From an uncultured Hyphomicrobiales bacterium (GTDB lineage: Bacteria; Bacteroidota; Ignavibacteria; Kapaibacteriales; UBA2268): a stretch of 64,000 nt of DNA. This document shows positions 40,468-49,465 of the stretch, piece after piece. Within the stretch, counting starts at the first letter, position 1. Every line of letters begins with the position of its first letter. The DNA is taken from NCBI GenBank assembly GCA_964472015.1, contig CAYYIP010000007.1, positions 7,219-71,218 of the forward strand, in the 5' to 3' direction. A program made the translations under genes and the position numbers. The notes beneath the pieces are model-generated. The model did not search any database. It was not told the DNA's origin and saw nothing but the letters and a program-made list of their open reading frames with translations.

Positions 40468-42440
40468 ACGAAAAGCAAATAAATCCTTTTGAATTAGATG
40501 ATGAGTATGTTATATACTCACTCATAAACGAAGAATTTTTACCGGAAGAGTACCATGAACTTGAATATAAATCCGGTAAAGATGGATTTCCAAAAGAGAT
40601 TTGGAAAACATATTCAGCCTTTGCCAACACAAATTCTGGTATTATTATCATTGGTATAAAAGAGAAAAGAGGTGTTTTTCTAATTGAGGGATTGACAGAA
40701 GAACAAATTTCAAATTATAAAAAGCATTTTTGGGACAGCTGCAACAATCCGAATACCGTTAGTGTCAATCTTTTGAGTAACGAAGATATAAAAGTAATTG
40801 AGACAAATTCAAAAAAACTGTTAGTTATTCGAGTTCCTTTCGCTCATCGTACCAAAAGACCGGTTTTTCTTACACGAAATCCATTTGGAAACACGTACAA
40901 ACGCAACTACGAAGGCGACTACAGATGTACTGATGACGAAGTAAGAAGAATGTTAGCTGAAGGCGGCACAGAACTTAAAAGAGATAACTTGCTTTTAGAA
41001 AATTTCACGATAGACGATTTAGATCCTGTTAGTATTCGTCAGTTTCGTCAATTGTTTTCATCTACAAGACCGGGGCACCCTTGGCTTGCTTTAGAAGATA
41101 AAGACTTACTAAAGAAACTCGGAGCTTATCGCATTGACCGAAAAACTGGACAAGAAGGAATTACGCTTGCTGGGCTGTTAATGTTTGGCAAAGGAGACAG
41201 CATACGAGAACAAGATGCTTTACCTGATTACTTTCCTGATTTTAGAGAGCGTTTGTCAATAGATGAAAAAGTGCGATGGACAGATCGTATTTATCCCGAC
41301 GGAACTTGGGAAAGTAATTTACTTCAATTTTATTTGAAAGTATTGCCCAAATTATCATCTACATTACCTAAACCATTTCGCTTAGATAAAGATGAACGTG
41401 TTGATGAAACACCTGCTCATATTGCGTTGCGTGAAGCTTTTGTAAATACATTGGTGCATACTGATTATTTGTTAAGTGGTAACATTATCATTGAACTTGA
41501 TACCGAACAATTTGTATTTTCAAATCCCGGTACATTACTCGTTTCTTTGGAACAATATTATGCGGGAGGAGTGAGTGAGTGCCGTAATCCTGCATTACAA
41601 CAAATGTTTATGCTGATTGGTCGTGCTGAAAAAGCTGGTAGTGGAGTGGACAAAATTATGTCAGGCTGGCAAGATTCTCATTGGCGAAAGCCTTTTCTTG
41701 TGTTAGAAAACCGACCTGATAAAGTTAAACTCACTTTACCTATGTTTAGCGTGTTGCCTGAACAAGTACTAAACGAGTTAAATACTATTTATGGCGATGT
41801 GAGTCATTTTAGTTCCGACGAACTAACTGCACTTTCTTTCTGTCTGATAGAGGGTTCAATTTCCAACCACCGCTTGCAATATGTGTTAAATATGCACAGT
41901 TCAGACATTACGAAAATGCTTAAAAAATTGTGTGTGGGTGATTATTTAGAAGCTGAAAATTATGGTCGCTGGACTACTTATAAAATTAAACATAAGGTTG
42001 CAAGCTCAGGCGGAAAGGTTGACACCTCAGGCGAAAAGGTTGCAAGCTCCGATAGAAAGGTTGCAACCTCAGGCGAAAAGGTTGCAAGCTCTGGTGGAAA
42101 CCTTGCAAGCTCTGGTGGAAACCTTGCAAGCTCTGGTGGAAACCTTGCAAGCTCTGGTGGAAACCTTGCAAGCTCAGGCGGAAACCTTGCAAGCTTAACT
42201 GAACTTCCTAAAAGGATAAGTATAGAAAAAATGGAAGATATAATTATGCGAATTTGTAAGGATAATTACGTTAAAAAAGAAGACCTTGCAACATTATTGA
42301 ACCGTTCAGAAAATTATATAAGAAATGAAATTTTACCTAAAATGATAAAAGAGAAAAAAATAGAGAAAAAATATCCGTTTACGCTTAATCATCCTGAACA
42401 AGCTTATAAAACTACAGAGGAATATGCAGAAAAACTATAA
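40464..42440 (+). CDS. COG2865-type Schlafen-like ATP-binding protein / putative transcriptional regulator (AlbA_2 + HATPase_c_4-like + C-terminal HTH), inserted between hsdM and hsdS
   Basis: N-terminal ELEYKSG..IWKTYSAFANTNSGIIIIGIKEKRG matches AlbA_2. TLVHTDYLLSGNIIIELDTEQFVFSNPGTL matches HATPase_c_4. ATGA overlap with hsdM. An internal 7-aa repeat region sits ahead of the C-terminal domain. Confidence 0.75.
   Translation: MNEKQINPFELDDEYVIYSLINEEFLPEEYHELEYKSGKDGFPKEIWKTYSAFANTNSGIIIIGIKEKRGVFLIEGLTEEQISNYKKHFWDSCNNPNTVSVNLLSNEDIKVIETNSKKLLVIRVPFAHRTKRPVFLTRNPFGNTYKRNYEGDYRCTDDEVRRMLAEGGTELKRDNLLLENFTIDDLDPVSIRQFRQLFSSTRPGHPWLALEDKDLLKKLGAYRIDRKTGQEGITLAGLLMFGKGDSIREQDALPDYFPDFRERLSIDEKVRWTDRIYPDGTWESNLLQFYLKVLPKLSSTLPKPFRLDKDERVDETPAHIALREAFVNTLVHTDYLLSGNIIIELDTEQFVFSNPGTLLVSLEQYYAGGVSECRNPALQQMFMLIGRAEKAGSGVDKIMSGWQDSHWRKPFLVLENRPDKVKLTLPMFSVLPEQVLNELNTIYGDVSHFSSDELTALSFCLIEGSISNHRLQYVLNMHSSDITKMLKKLCVGDYLEAENYGRWTTYKIKHKVASSGGKVDTSGEKVASSDRKVATSGEKVASSGGNLASSGGNLASSGGNLASSGGNLASSGGNLASLTELPKRISIEKMEDIIMRICKDNYVKKEDLATLLNRSENYIRNEILPKMIKEKKIEKKYPFTLNHPEQAYKTTEEYAEKL
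41994..42196 (+). repeat. In-frame 21-bp tandem repeat (about 9.7 units), with 4 consecutive perfect copies of aaccttgcaagctctggtgga
   Basis: Units read directly from the sequence (aaggttgcaagctcaggcgga ... aaccttgcaagctctggtgga x4 ...). They encode KVASSGG / NLASSGG heptads. The repeat creates spurious ORFs in other frames and on the opposite strand. Confidence 0.9.
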
Positions 42441-43551
42441 GCGATTAGGCGATTATATACAAGAATTCAATGTCCGTAACACAGATTTAGCTATTACCAA
42501 TCTTTTAGGTGTGAGTATAGAAAAAACTTTTATACCATCCGTAGCAAATCTTAATGGCGTGGATTTATCTGTATATAAAATATTGAAAAAAGACCAGCTA
42601 GCTTGTAATTTAATGATCGTAGAGCGTGATAAAAAACTTCCTGTAGATTTGTATAGAGAAGAAAAACCAGCTATAGTTTCTTCTGCATATTATGTTTTTG
42701 AGCCAAAAAACAAAGAAGAATTATTACCTGAATATTTAATGATGTGGCTTTTTCGACCTGAAAGTGATAGGTATTTTGGTTTTATTAGTGGCGGAGATGT
42801 AAGAGGTGGAATTACTTGGGAGACATTTTGCAGTCTTCCAATTAAAGTCCCAAAAATTGAAAAACAACGAGAAATCGTAAAAGAATACAAAACAGTAGAG
42901 AGACGCATACAGATAAACGAAGAGCTCTGCAAAAAATTAGAAGAAACAGCACAAGCGCTATATAGAAAATATTTTGTAGAAGATATAGACCCAGAAAATT
43001 TACCGGAAGGGTGGAGATGGGGAAAGTTAGAGGAGGTTGCTAAGATTACAATGGGACAATCACCAGTGGGAGAAAGTTATAACACTGATGGAATTGGAGA
43101 AATATTTTATCAAGGTAGAAGCGATTTTGGAATGCGATTTCCCACAATTAGAATGTTTACAAATGAGCCTACCAAAATGGCTAAAAAAGATGATATTTTA
43201 TTAAGTGTTAGAGCACCTGTTGGGGACATAAATATTGCACCACACAATTGCTGTATTGGTAGAGGATTAGCAAGCATAAGAAACAAGAAAAAACAGAAGT
43301 CTTATATGTTTTATCTAACAAAAAATTTAGATACAATTTTTAATATAGCAGACGGAGCTGGAACAATCTTTGGAAGTATTAATAGAGATACACTTTTGAA
43401 TATTGACGTAATAATTCCTAATGAAGAAGTTATTCAATTATTTGAAAAAAAAGTTTCAACAATTGATAAGCTGTATGAATATAATGATATAGAAACGCAA
43501 AAGCTAAAAGAATTACTATCTTTGTTGTTGGCAAAGATGGGGAGAGAATAA
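42424..43551 (+). CDS. hsdS: Type I restriction-modification system specificity subunit
   Basis: Two target-recognition domains separated by, and ending in, the conserved HsdS helical regions (..EELCKKLEETAQALYRKYF.. and ..QKLKELLSLLLAKM). Overlaps the upstream gene by 17 nt. Confidence 0.8.
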   Translation: MQKNYKRLGDYIQEFNVRNTDLAITNLLGVSIEKTFIPSVANLNGVDLSVYKILKKDQLACNLMIVERDKKLPVDLYREEKPAIVSSAYYVFEPKNKEELLPEYLMMWLFRPESDRYFGFISGGDVRGGITWETFCSLPIKVPKIEKQREIVKEYKTVERRIQINEELCKKLEETAQALYRKYFVEDIDPENLPEGWRWGKLEEVAKITMGQSPVGESYNTDGIGEIFYQGRSDFGMRFPTIRMFTNEPTKMAKKDDILLSVRAPVGDINIAPHNCCIGRGLASIRNKKKQKSYMFYLTKNLDTIFNIADGAGTIFGSINRDTLLNIDVIIPNEEVIQLFEKKVSTIDKLYEYNDIETQKLKELLSLLLAKMGRE

Positions 43552-43557
43552 GAAGAT

Positions 43558-44076
43558 ATGAATTTTATTTTAAGATTTTTTTTTACAATTAGCGCTGTAT
43601 CTTTTTTTGTTGTTGTTTATTTAGTACAAAATAAGATAAATCCATTTGATGAGGTTCTTGGAAAATATGCGTGGTTAATTTATATAGTGTACGTACTTTT
43701 TCCATTTATACTGACTTGTATATCACTGCGAATTTGTAAATTATTAGCCAGAAACTCGATTAAAAAAATACAATCAATAGAACCATCGAATAATGATTTC
43801 CTTGCCACCTATCTTGCGTTCTTTTTTGTTGCATTAAGTATTAAAGGAACAATTACTTTTTGGATAGTATTTGGAATGACGGTTCTTTTTACTTTTGTTT
43901 CAAGAGTATCATACTTTAATCCGGTTCTTTTAGTATTTGGTTACAATTTTTATTATATAGTTACAGGGGAGAATGTAAAGATTATGTTAATTAGCAAACA
44001 AAAATTAAAAGCTCCGAATAATTTTGATCATAAAGATGTAGGACGCATCAATGATTATACATTTATAGATATTTAA
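43558..44076 (+). CDS. Hypothetical integral membrane protein (4-5 TM, 172 aa) inside the type I R-M locus
   Basis: Hydrophobic helices FFTISAVSFFVVVYLV, WLIYIVYVLFPFILTCISL, YLAFFFVALSI, FWIVFGMTVLFTFV and PVLLVFGYNFYYIV. No recognisable motif. Starts 7 nt after the hsdS stop. Confidence 0.6.
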   Translation: MNFILRFFFTISAVSFFVVVYLVQNKINPFDEVLGKYAWLIYIVYVLFPFILTCISLRICKLLARNSIKKIQSIEPSNNDFLATYLAFFFVALSIKGTITFWIVFGMTVLFTFVSRVSYFNPVLLVFGYNFYYIVTGENVKIMLISKQKLKAPNNFDHKDVGRINDYTFIDI

Positions 44077-44079
44077 AAT

Positions 44080-44889
44080 ATGGCAGAATTAATAGTAAAA
44101 TACAAATCTGAATACAAAAATGTATTGAAACAAGAAGACAATATTATTGAAAATATTGATCTAACTAATGTAGAACAAATAGATTTTACAACAAGCTATA
44201 AGCTTGAAGATAATGAATGGTTTAAAATTACTGATTTTAGCAATCAAGACTATGTTGTTGAAATATGTAATGAAAATTTCAGTACTGCAAGTCTCGTGCA
44301 AATAGTTAACAAGGAGTATGAAGATATTAAAGAAATAGTTATTTTGCAGAACGAGCAGATGCATTTCCAAAGGGTTACTCCTTCTTATTATGTAAATAAG
44401 AAAACTTTTTTAGACTATTCAGGAAGTCCCAAAGTAGTAGAACACAGAAAACAGATCGAGATAAAAAAAGAATCTGATGCTGTATATTTGTTAGAAACTG
44501 ACACATTGTTATTTAAAGATATATCTAAAATAAAACCTATTTTTAAAGGAATAGAGATGTTGCATCGAGAAGCAACACAAGAGGAAGTTAACACATTTAT
44601 GGAATATGATTTCATTTCAACGTTAAATTTTGACTCTAAACGTGTAGGTGTTCAAAATCGAAAAAGAATAGCTGATATTGGGGTAAAATATGCTAATCTT
44701 TCAAGCGAGAAACAAAAAGGACTAATAACTTATGCAAAAGAGAAATCAGGAATTGATATAGAGGATGGCAAATTTCTAATTAGAAATGATAACGATTTGA
44801 AAAACTTGCTTTACGCAATGGATCAACGTTATTATTATGCTGATATATATGAAGAAAATAGAATTGCTAACTCCATTCGTATTGTGTAA
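44080..44889 (+). CDS. Hypothetical soluble protein (269 aa), translationally coupled to the membrane protein
   Basis: Starts 4 nt after the upstream stop. No catalytic motif that I can recognise. Charged, Lys/Glu-rich. Confidence 0.55.
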   Translation: MAELIVKYKSEYKNVLKQEDNIIENIDLTNVEQIDFTTSYKLEDNEWFKITDFSNQDYVVEICNENFSTASLVQIVNKEYEDIKEIVILQNEQMHFQRVTPSYYVNKKTFLDYSGSPKVVEHRKQIEIKKESDAVYLLETDTLLFKDISKIKPIFKGIEMLHREATQEEVNTFMEYDFISTLNFDSKRVGVQNRKRIADIGVKYANLSSEKQKGLITYAKEKSGIDIEDGKFLIRNDNDLKNLLYAMDQRYYYADIYEENRIANSIRIV

Positions 44890-44960
44890 CGGGTTATTTA
44901 GCAAGTTCATATTATAAAGTAAAATACGGATTTATGAATTATTTTTAAATTAATATTTAA

Positions 44961-45926
44961 ATGATCAATTTTCATGCACATAATCGCAAAAGTATTCGTC
45001 TAAAAGGATACGATTATTCGCAAGAAGGATTGTATTTTATAACGATTTGTTGTCAAGATAAAATTTGTAGGTTTGGACATATTGAAAACGACGAAATGAT
45101 ATGTAACCAATATGGAATTGTGGCATATAATGAATGGATAAAAACGTCACAAATACGTTCCAATATTACGTTGCACGAATTTGTTGTAATGCCCAATCAT
45201 ATCCACGGTATTATTGAAATAAATCGCGATGCGGAATTATATTCCCAAAACCGTGGTTGCGAATTGCGTTCGCCAAATTGTAGTGGCGAATTGTATTCGC
45301 CCGTTCCAAAGGGCGTATTCGATACGCCCCAACAGCCCGATTTCGATACGTCCGTTCGTGGTTGCGAATTTTATTCGCCAAATTGTAGTGGCGAATTGTA
45401 TTCGCCCATTCCAAAGGGGGTATTCAATACGCCCCAACAGCCCGATTTTGATTTGTCCGTTCGTGGTTGCGAATTGCGTTCGCAAAATTGTGGTTGCGAA
45501 TTGCATTCGCCAAATTGTAGTGGCGAATTGTATTCGCCCATTCCAAAGGGGGTATCCGATACGCCCCAACAGCCCGATTTCGATACGTCCGTTCGTGGTT
45601 GCGAATTGCGTTCGCAAAATTGTAGTGGCGAATTGTATTCGCCCGTTCCAAAGGGGGTATTCGATACGCCCCAACAGATTGATTTCGATACGTCCCGATT
45701 GCGATCACCGTCGCAAACGGTTGGTGCCATCGTTCGCGGATACAAATCGGCGGTTACAAAACAATTGAATGCGTTGGGAATGACCGAAAAATTATGGCAA
45801 CGCAATTATTACGAACATATTATACGCAATGAACAATCATATATACATATTTCTGAATATATTCGCAACAATCCCATACAATGGATAAACGATAGATTTT
45901 ATGATTATGAAATTTACAGAAAATGA
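44961..45926 (+). mobile_element. IS200-like REP-associated tyrosine transposase (RAYT) whose ORF carries an in-frame insertion of a REP array
   Basis: N-terminal part with HuH motif VVMPNHIHGII. C-terminal part with the RAYT Tyr motif LWQRNYYEHIIRNEQSY. Together these make about 165 aa, the normal RAYT size. They are separated by about 150 aa encoded by palindromic repeats. Confidence 0.7.
45252..45700. repeat. Four tandem about 105-bp units (unit 3 carries a 27-bp internal duplication), each holding three REP-like hairpins (gcgaa-ttgcg-ttcgc; ggcgaa-ttgta-ttcgcc; gggcgtat-tcg-atacgccc)
   Basis: Direct reading: cgtggttgcgaattgcgttcgccaaattgtagtggcgaattgtattcgcccgttccaaagggcgtattcgatacgccccaacagcccgatttcgatacgtccgtt repeated 4 times with point differences. 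Open in several frames on both strands. Confidence 0.9.
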
Positions 45927-48900
45927 ATTAGAAAAGGCATTTATCAAATTATTAGAGCAAGAGGGCTATACGCATAGTGCAGGTGCTTCGGTATCACGTT
46001 CCTCAATGAACGAGGTGCTGATAAAAGAAGATTTGCGTAGGTTTTTGCATTCGCACTATAAGGCAGATGAGCTGACGGGAAACGAGGTAAATTTCATTAT
46101 CCAGCAACTTAACTCGCTTCCTGCCAGCGATTTATATGAAAGTAATAAACGGTTTATGCAGATGCTTTCAGACGGTTTTATTCTGAAAAGAGATGACCAC
46201 AAGCAGAAAGATCTTTACATTGAGCTTATCAACTATAGATTTTTGAAAAAAAATCTACATCTTAAAACAGAAAAATATACTTCTATAGTTGCGGAAAATA
46301 ATGACGACAATAACATCTACAGATTTGTAACTCAATTGGAAATCGTAGGGAATGAAAAACGTATTCCCGATGGAATTGTTTATGTAAACGGTTTACCATT
46401 AGTGGTTTTTGAATTTAAGACTCCCGTTAAAGAAGAGGTTACTATTTATGATGCTTACAAGCAACTTACGGTGCGTTATCGTCGCGATATTCCCGAACTT
46501 TTCAAGTACAACGCTTTTTGTGTTATCAGTGACGGCGTAAACAGCAAAGCAGGTTCATTGTTTGCCTCTTACGAGTTTTATTACGCATGGAGAAGAATAG
46601 CAAGTTTAGCAAAAGATGTTGACGGAATTGATAGTATGTTTACCCTAATTAAAGGAGTTTTCGACAAAAACCGTTTTCGAGACATACTTCGTAATTTTAT
46701 CTTTTTCCCCGATACAGAAAAAAATGAAAGTAAAATCGTTTGTCGTTATCCTCAATATTACGCTGCCCGTGCTTTGTTCGAAAATATCAAGCAAGCTCAA
46801 AAACCTCACGGCAACGGAAAAGGCGGAACCTATTTCGGAGCAACTGGCAGTGGCAAGAGCTTCACGATGCTTTACCTTACACGTTTGCTGATGAAAAGCG
46901 AACATTTTGCTAGTCCAACTATCGTACTTATTACAGATCGTACCGATTTAGACGATCAGCTCTCTGCACAATTTGTAAATGCCAAGAGATTTATAAGTGA
47001 TGATACAGTGCAAAGCGTTGAAAATCGTGCTGATTTACGCGAGAAGCTACAAGGCAGACAGAGCGGAGGTGTTTTTCTTACTACTATACAGAAATTTACT
47101 GAAGATACGGAATTGCTTACCGAACGCAATAATGTGATTTGTATTTCAGATGAAGCACATCGCACACAAACAAATCTCGATCAAAAAATCCGTATTACCG
47201 AACAAGGAGTTACTAAATCATTTGGCTTTGCTAAATATCTGCACGATTCTTTGCCTAATGCTACTTACGTTGGTTTTACTGGAACACCTATAGATGCTAC
47301 ATTAGATGTTTTCGGTCCGGTGGTAGATTCCTACACAATGACCGAATCAGTTAAAGATGAAATTACTGTGCGTATCGTTTACGAAGGCAGAGCTGCTAAA
47401 GTAGCTTTAGATAACAGTAAATTAGAGGAGATTGAACGTTACTACGAAGCAGCTGCGGAAGCTGGAGCTAACGAATATCAAATTGAGCAAAGCAAAAAAG
47501 AGACTGCTAAAATGAATGCTATTCTTGGCGACCCGAAACGTTTACAAAGTGTTGCCGAAGATTTTGTAGAACATTACGAAAAACGTGTTTCGGAAAAAGC
47601 AACGCTGAAAGGTAAAGCTATGTTTGTTTGTAGCAACAGAGAAATAGCTTATGATCTGTTTAAGCGTATTATTACACTTCGTCCCGAATGGAATGAAATA
47701 CGTGCAGCAGAAGAAGGAGCAGAACTTTCCGATAAGGATAAAAGGGAATTAAAACCTATAGAGCGAATAAAAATGGTAATGACACGGTCAAAAGACGACG
47801 AAAAAGAACTTTGGGATTTGTTAGGGACAAAGGAATATAGAAAAGAGCTTGACAGACAATTCAAAAATGAAAAATCTAACTTTAAAATAGCTATCGTGGT
47901 TGATATGTGGCTCACAGGATTCGACGTGCCTTTTTTGGATACAATTTATATAGACAAACCAATACAACAACATAATCTAATACAAACTATTTCGCGAGTA
48001 AATCGTCGAGTGGAAGGAAAAGATAAAGGGCTTGTGGTTGATTATATCGGCATAAAGAACAAGATGAATTTGGCACTTGCTCAATACGATAAAATTGAAG
48101 GTGATAACTTTGAAGATATTTCTCAATCACTTGTGATAATGCGAGAGCATTTGGATTCGTTGAAACATTTGATGCATACGTTCGACGATACAAAGTATTT
48201 TAAAGGTTCAAATTTAGAACAACTAAATACACTTAATTTGGCTGCTGAATTTGTACAACAAACCAAAGAAACTGAAAGCCGATTTATGGGACTAACAAAA
48301 CGTTTGAAAGCTGCTTATGATATTTGTGTGGGAAGCGAACAAATAACACAGAAAGATCGAGATTATGTACATTTTTATATAGCTATTCGTTCCATTGTTT
48401 TTAAACTGACTAAAGGCGATATTCCCGATGTGGTACAAATGAATAACCGAGTACGTCAGATGATTGAAGAAGCTTTACAAAGTGACGGTGTTGAGGAAAT
48501 ATTAAAAATTGGCGATGAAACTAAAAGTGAACAAGATTTGTTTGATGAAAAGTATTTGGCAAAAATCAATAAGATAAAGCTACCTAATACGAAAATTAAA
48601 CTCTTGCAGAAGCTCTTAGCAAAAGCTATCGGGCAACTGCGAAAAATTAATCGCATAAAAGGAATTGACTTTAGCCATCGAATGCAAAAGTTAGTGGATC
48701 AATACAACGACCGTTCAGTAAACGATATTTTGCGAAGCGAGGTATATGAAGAGATGGCTGAAAAACTTACCGCTATGATTTGGGATGTACACGAAGAATT
48801 TTATGCCGGCGAAAAGTTGGGAATTGATTTTGAAGAAAAAGCCTTTTACGATATTCTAAAAGAATTGTGTGTGAAATACGATTTTAAATATCCCGACGAC

Positions 48901-49110
48901 AAAATGATAAAGTTGGCTAAAAAAGTCAAAGAGCTAGTTGATTTTATAGCCAGTTATCCCGATTGGAATAAGCAAGAGAATATAAAATCAGAGTTGAAAG
49001 CTGGATTAATTGTGTTGCTTGATGAATACAATTATCCGCCTGTTGAACGAGATGAAGTTTATGTAGAAATTTTTGAACAAGCGGAGAATTTTAAGAAAAA
49101 TAGAGAATAA
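45901..49110 (+). CDS. hsdR: Type I restriction-modification system endonuclease subunit
   Basis: HsdR N-terminal domain (MKFTENELEKAFIKLLEQEGY); SF2 helicase motifs including Walker A GATGSGKS and DEAH (ICISDEAHRTQ); 1069 aa. Overlaps the RAYT 3' end by 26 nt. Confidence 0.9.
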   Translation: MIMKFTENELEKAFIKLLEQEGYTHSAGASVSRSSMNEVLIKEDLRRFLHSHYKADELTGNEVNFIIQQLNSLPASDLYESNKRFMQMLSDGFILKRDDHKQKDLYIELINYRFLKKNLHLKTEKYTSIVAENNDDNNIYRFVTQLEIVGNEKRIPDGIVYVNGLPLVVFEFKTPVKEEVTIYDAYKQLTVRYRRDIPELFKYNAFCVISDGVNSKAGSLFASYEFYYAWRRIASLAKDVDGIDSMFTLIKGVFDKNRFRDILRNFIFFPDTEKNESKIVCRYPQYYAARALFENIKQAQKPHGNGKGGTYFGATGSGKSFTMLYLTRLLMKSEHFASPTIVLITDRTDLDDQLSAQFVNAKRFISDDTVQSVENRADLREKLQGRQSGGVFLTTIQKFTEDTELLTERNNVICISDEAHRTQTNLDQKIRITEQGVTKSFGFAKYLHDSLPNATYVGFTGTPIDATLDVFGPVVDSYTMTESVKDEITVRIVYEGRAAKVALDNSKLEEIERYYEAAAEAGANEYQIEQSKKETAKMNAILGDPKRLQSVAEDFVEHYEKRVSEKATLKGKAMFVCSNREIAYDLFKRIITLRPEWNEIRAAEEGAELSDKDKRELKPIERIKMVMTRSKDDEKELWDLLGTKEYRKELDRQFKNEKSNFKIAIVVDMWLTGFDVPFLDTIYIDKPIQQHNLIQTISRVNRRVEGKDKGLVVDYIGIKNKMNLALAQYDKIEGDNFEDISQSLVIMREHLDSLKHLMHTFDDTKYFKGSNLEQLNTLNLAAEFVQQTKETESRFMGLTKRLKAAYDICVGSEQITQKDRDYVHFYIAIRSIVFKLTKGDIPDVVQMNNRVRQMIEEALQSDGVEEILKIGDETKSEQDLFDEKYLAKINKIKLPNTKIKLLQKLLAKAIGQLRKINRIKGIDFSHRMQKLVDQYNDRSVNDILRSEVYEEMAEKLTAMIWDVHEEFYAGEKLGIDFEEKAFYDILKELCVKYDFKYPDDKMIKLAKKVKELVDFIASYPDWNKQENIKSELKAGLIVLLDEYNYPPVERDEVYVEIFEQAENFKKNRE

Positions 49111-49465
49111 GGCTTTTTATATATATTCATCGAACAAGTTTTATATTATCGATTTTTGAAACACTAAAACTCATCGAATTTGCAAAAAAGATTGGGATAA
49201 TAAAAAGAGTAGAAAGAGAAATAACAGAATAAATTAACAATATATATTTTTTATAGTTTTTGACGATTTAATTAAATTACTTTTTAATTTATAAATATTA
49301 AGTCGTCTTTTTTTATATTATATTTGGCTAAGAATTAAGTTATAAAAATACTTCTGATTATATTTATTAATTTTAAAATATATTAAATAATTAAAATAAT
49401 TAAAAATATAGTTTTTTTTTGTATTTTAGTATTTTTATTAAAGGTTAAAATTAGGATAATATAAT

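Noticed and set aside
41994-42196. Possible CRISPR array (and likewise 45252..45700)
   Set aside because: The repeats are directly abutting tandem copies with no unique spacers. The 21-bp units are far shorter than CRISPR repeats, and the 105-bp units are in-frame inside a coding region. No cas genes are present in the window.
41962-42198. ORFs 41962..42198 (+) and 41986..42192 (-) encoding QALVETL / LQGFHQS heptad repeats
   Set aside because: They lie entirely within the 21-bp tandem repeat of the COG2865 gene. Any multiple-of-3 repeat is open in several frames. They are artefacts of the repeat, not genes.
42424-43551. Looked for a phase-variable hsdS shufflon (an inverted second hsdS cassette with an adjacent recombinase)
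   Set aside because: There is only one hsdS, with no inverted partial hsdS copies and no tyrosine or serine recombinase in the locus. The only nearby mobile gene is a RAYT.
45211-45805. Five overlapping ORFs on both strands (45211..45414 -, 45229..45768 +, 45237..45674 -, 45371..45805 -, 45424..45708 -)
   Set aside because: All are produced by the roughly 105-bp REP units inside the RAYT gene staying open in multiple frames. Their repetitive, low-complexity translations (FATTNGRIE.., VANCIRP..) are not plausible proteins.
38816-49465. Searched both island borders (38816-38889 and 49111-49465) for flanking direct repeats or att-like sites
   Set aside because: I found no convincing repeated segment of 12 bp or more by eye. 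A computational repeat search would be needed, so no att sites are claimed.
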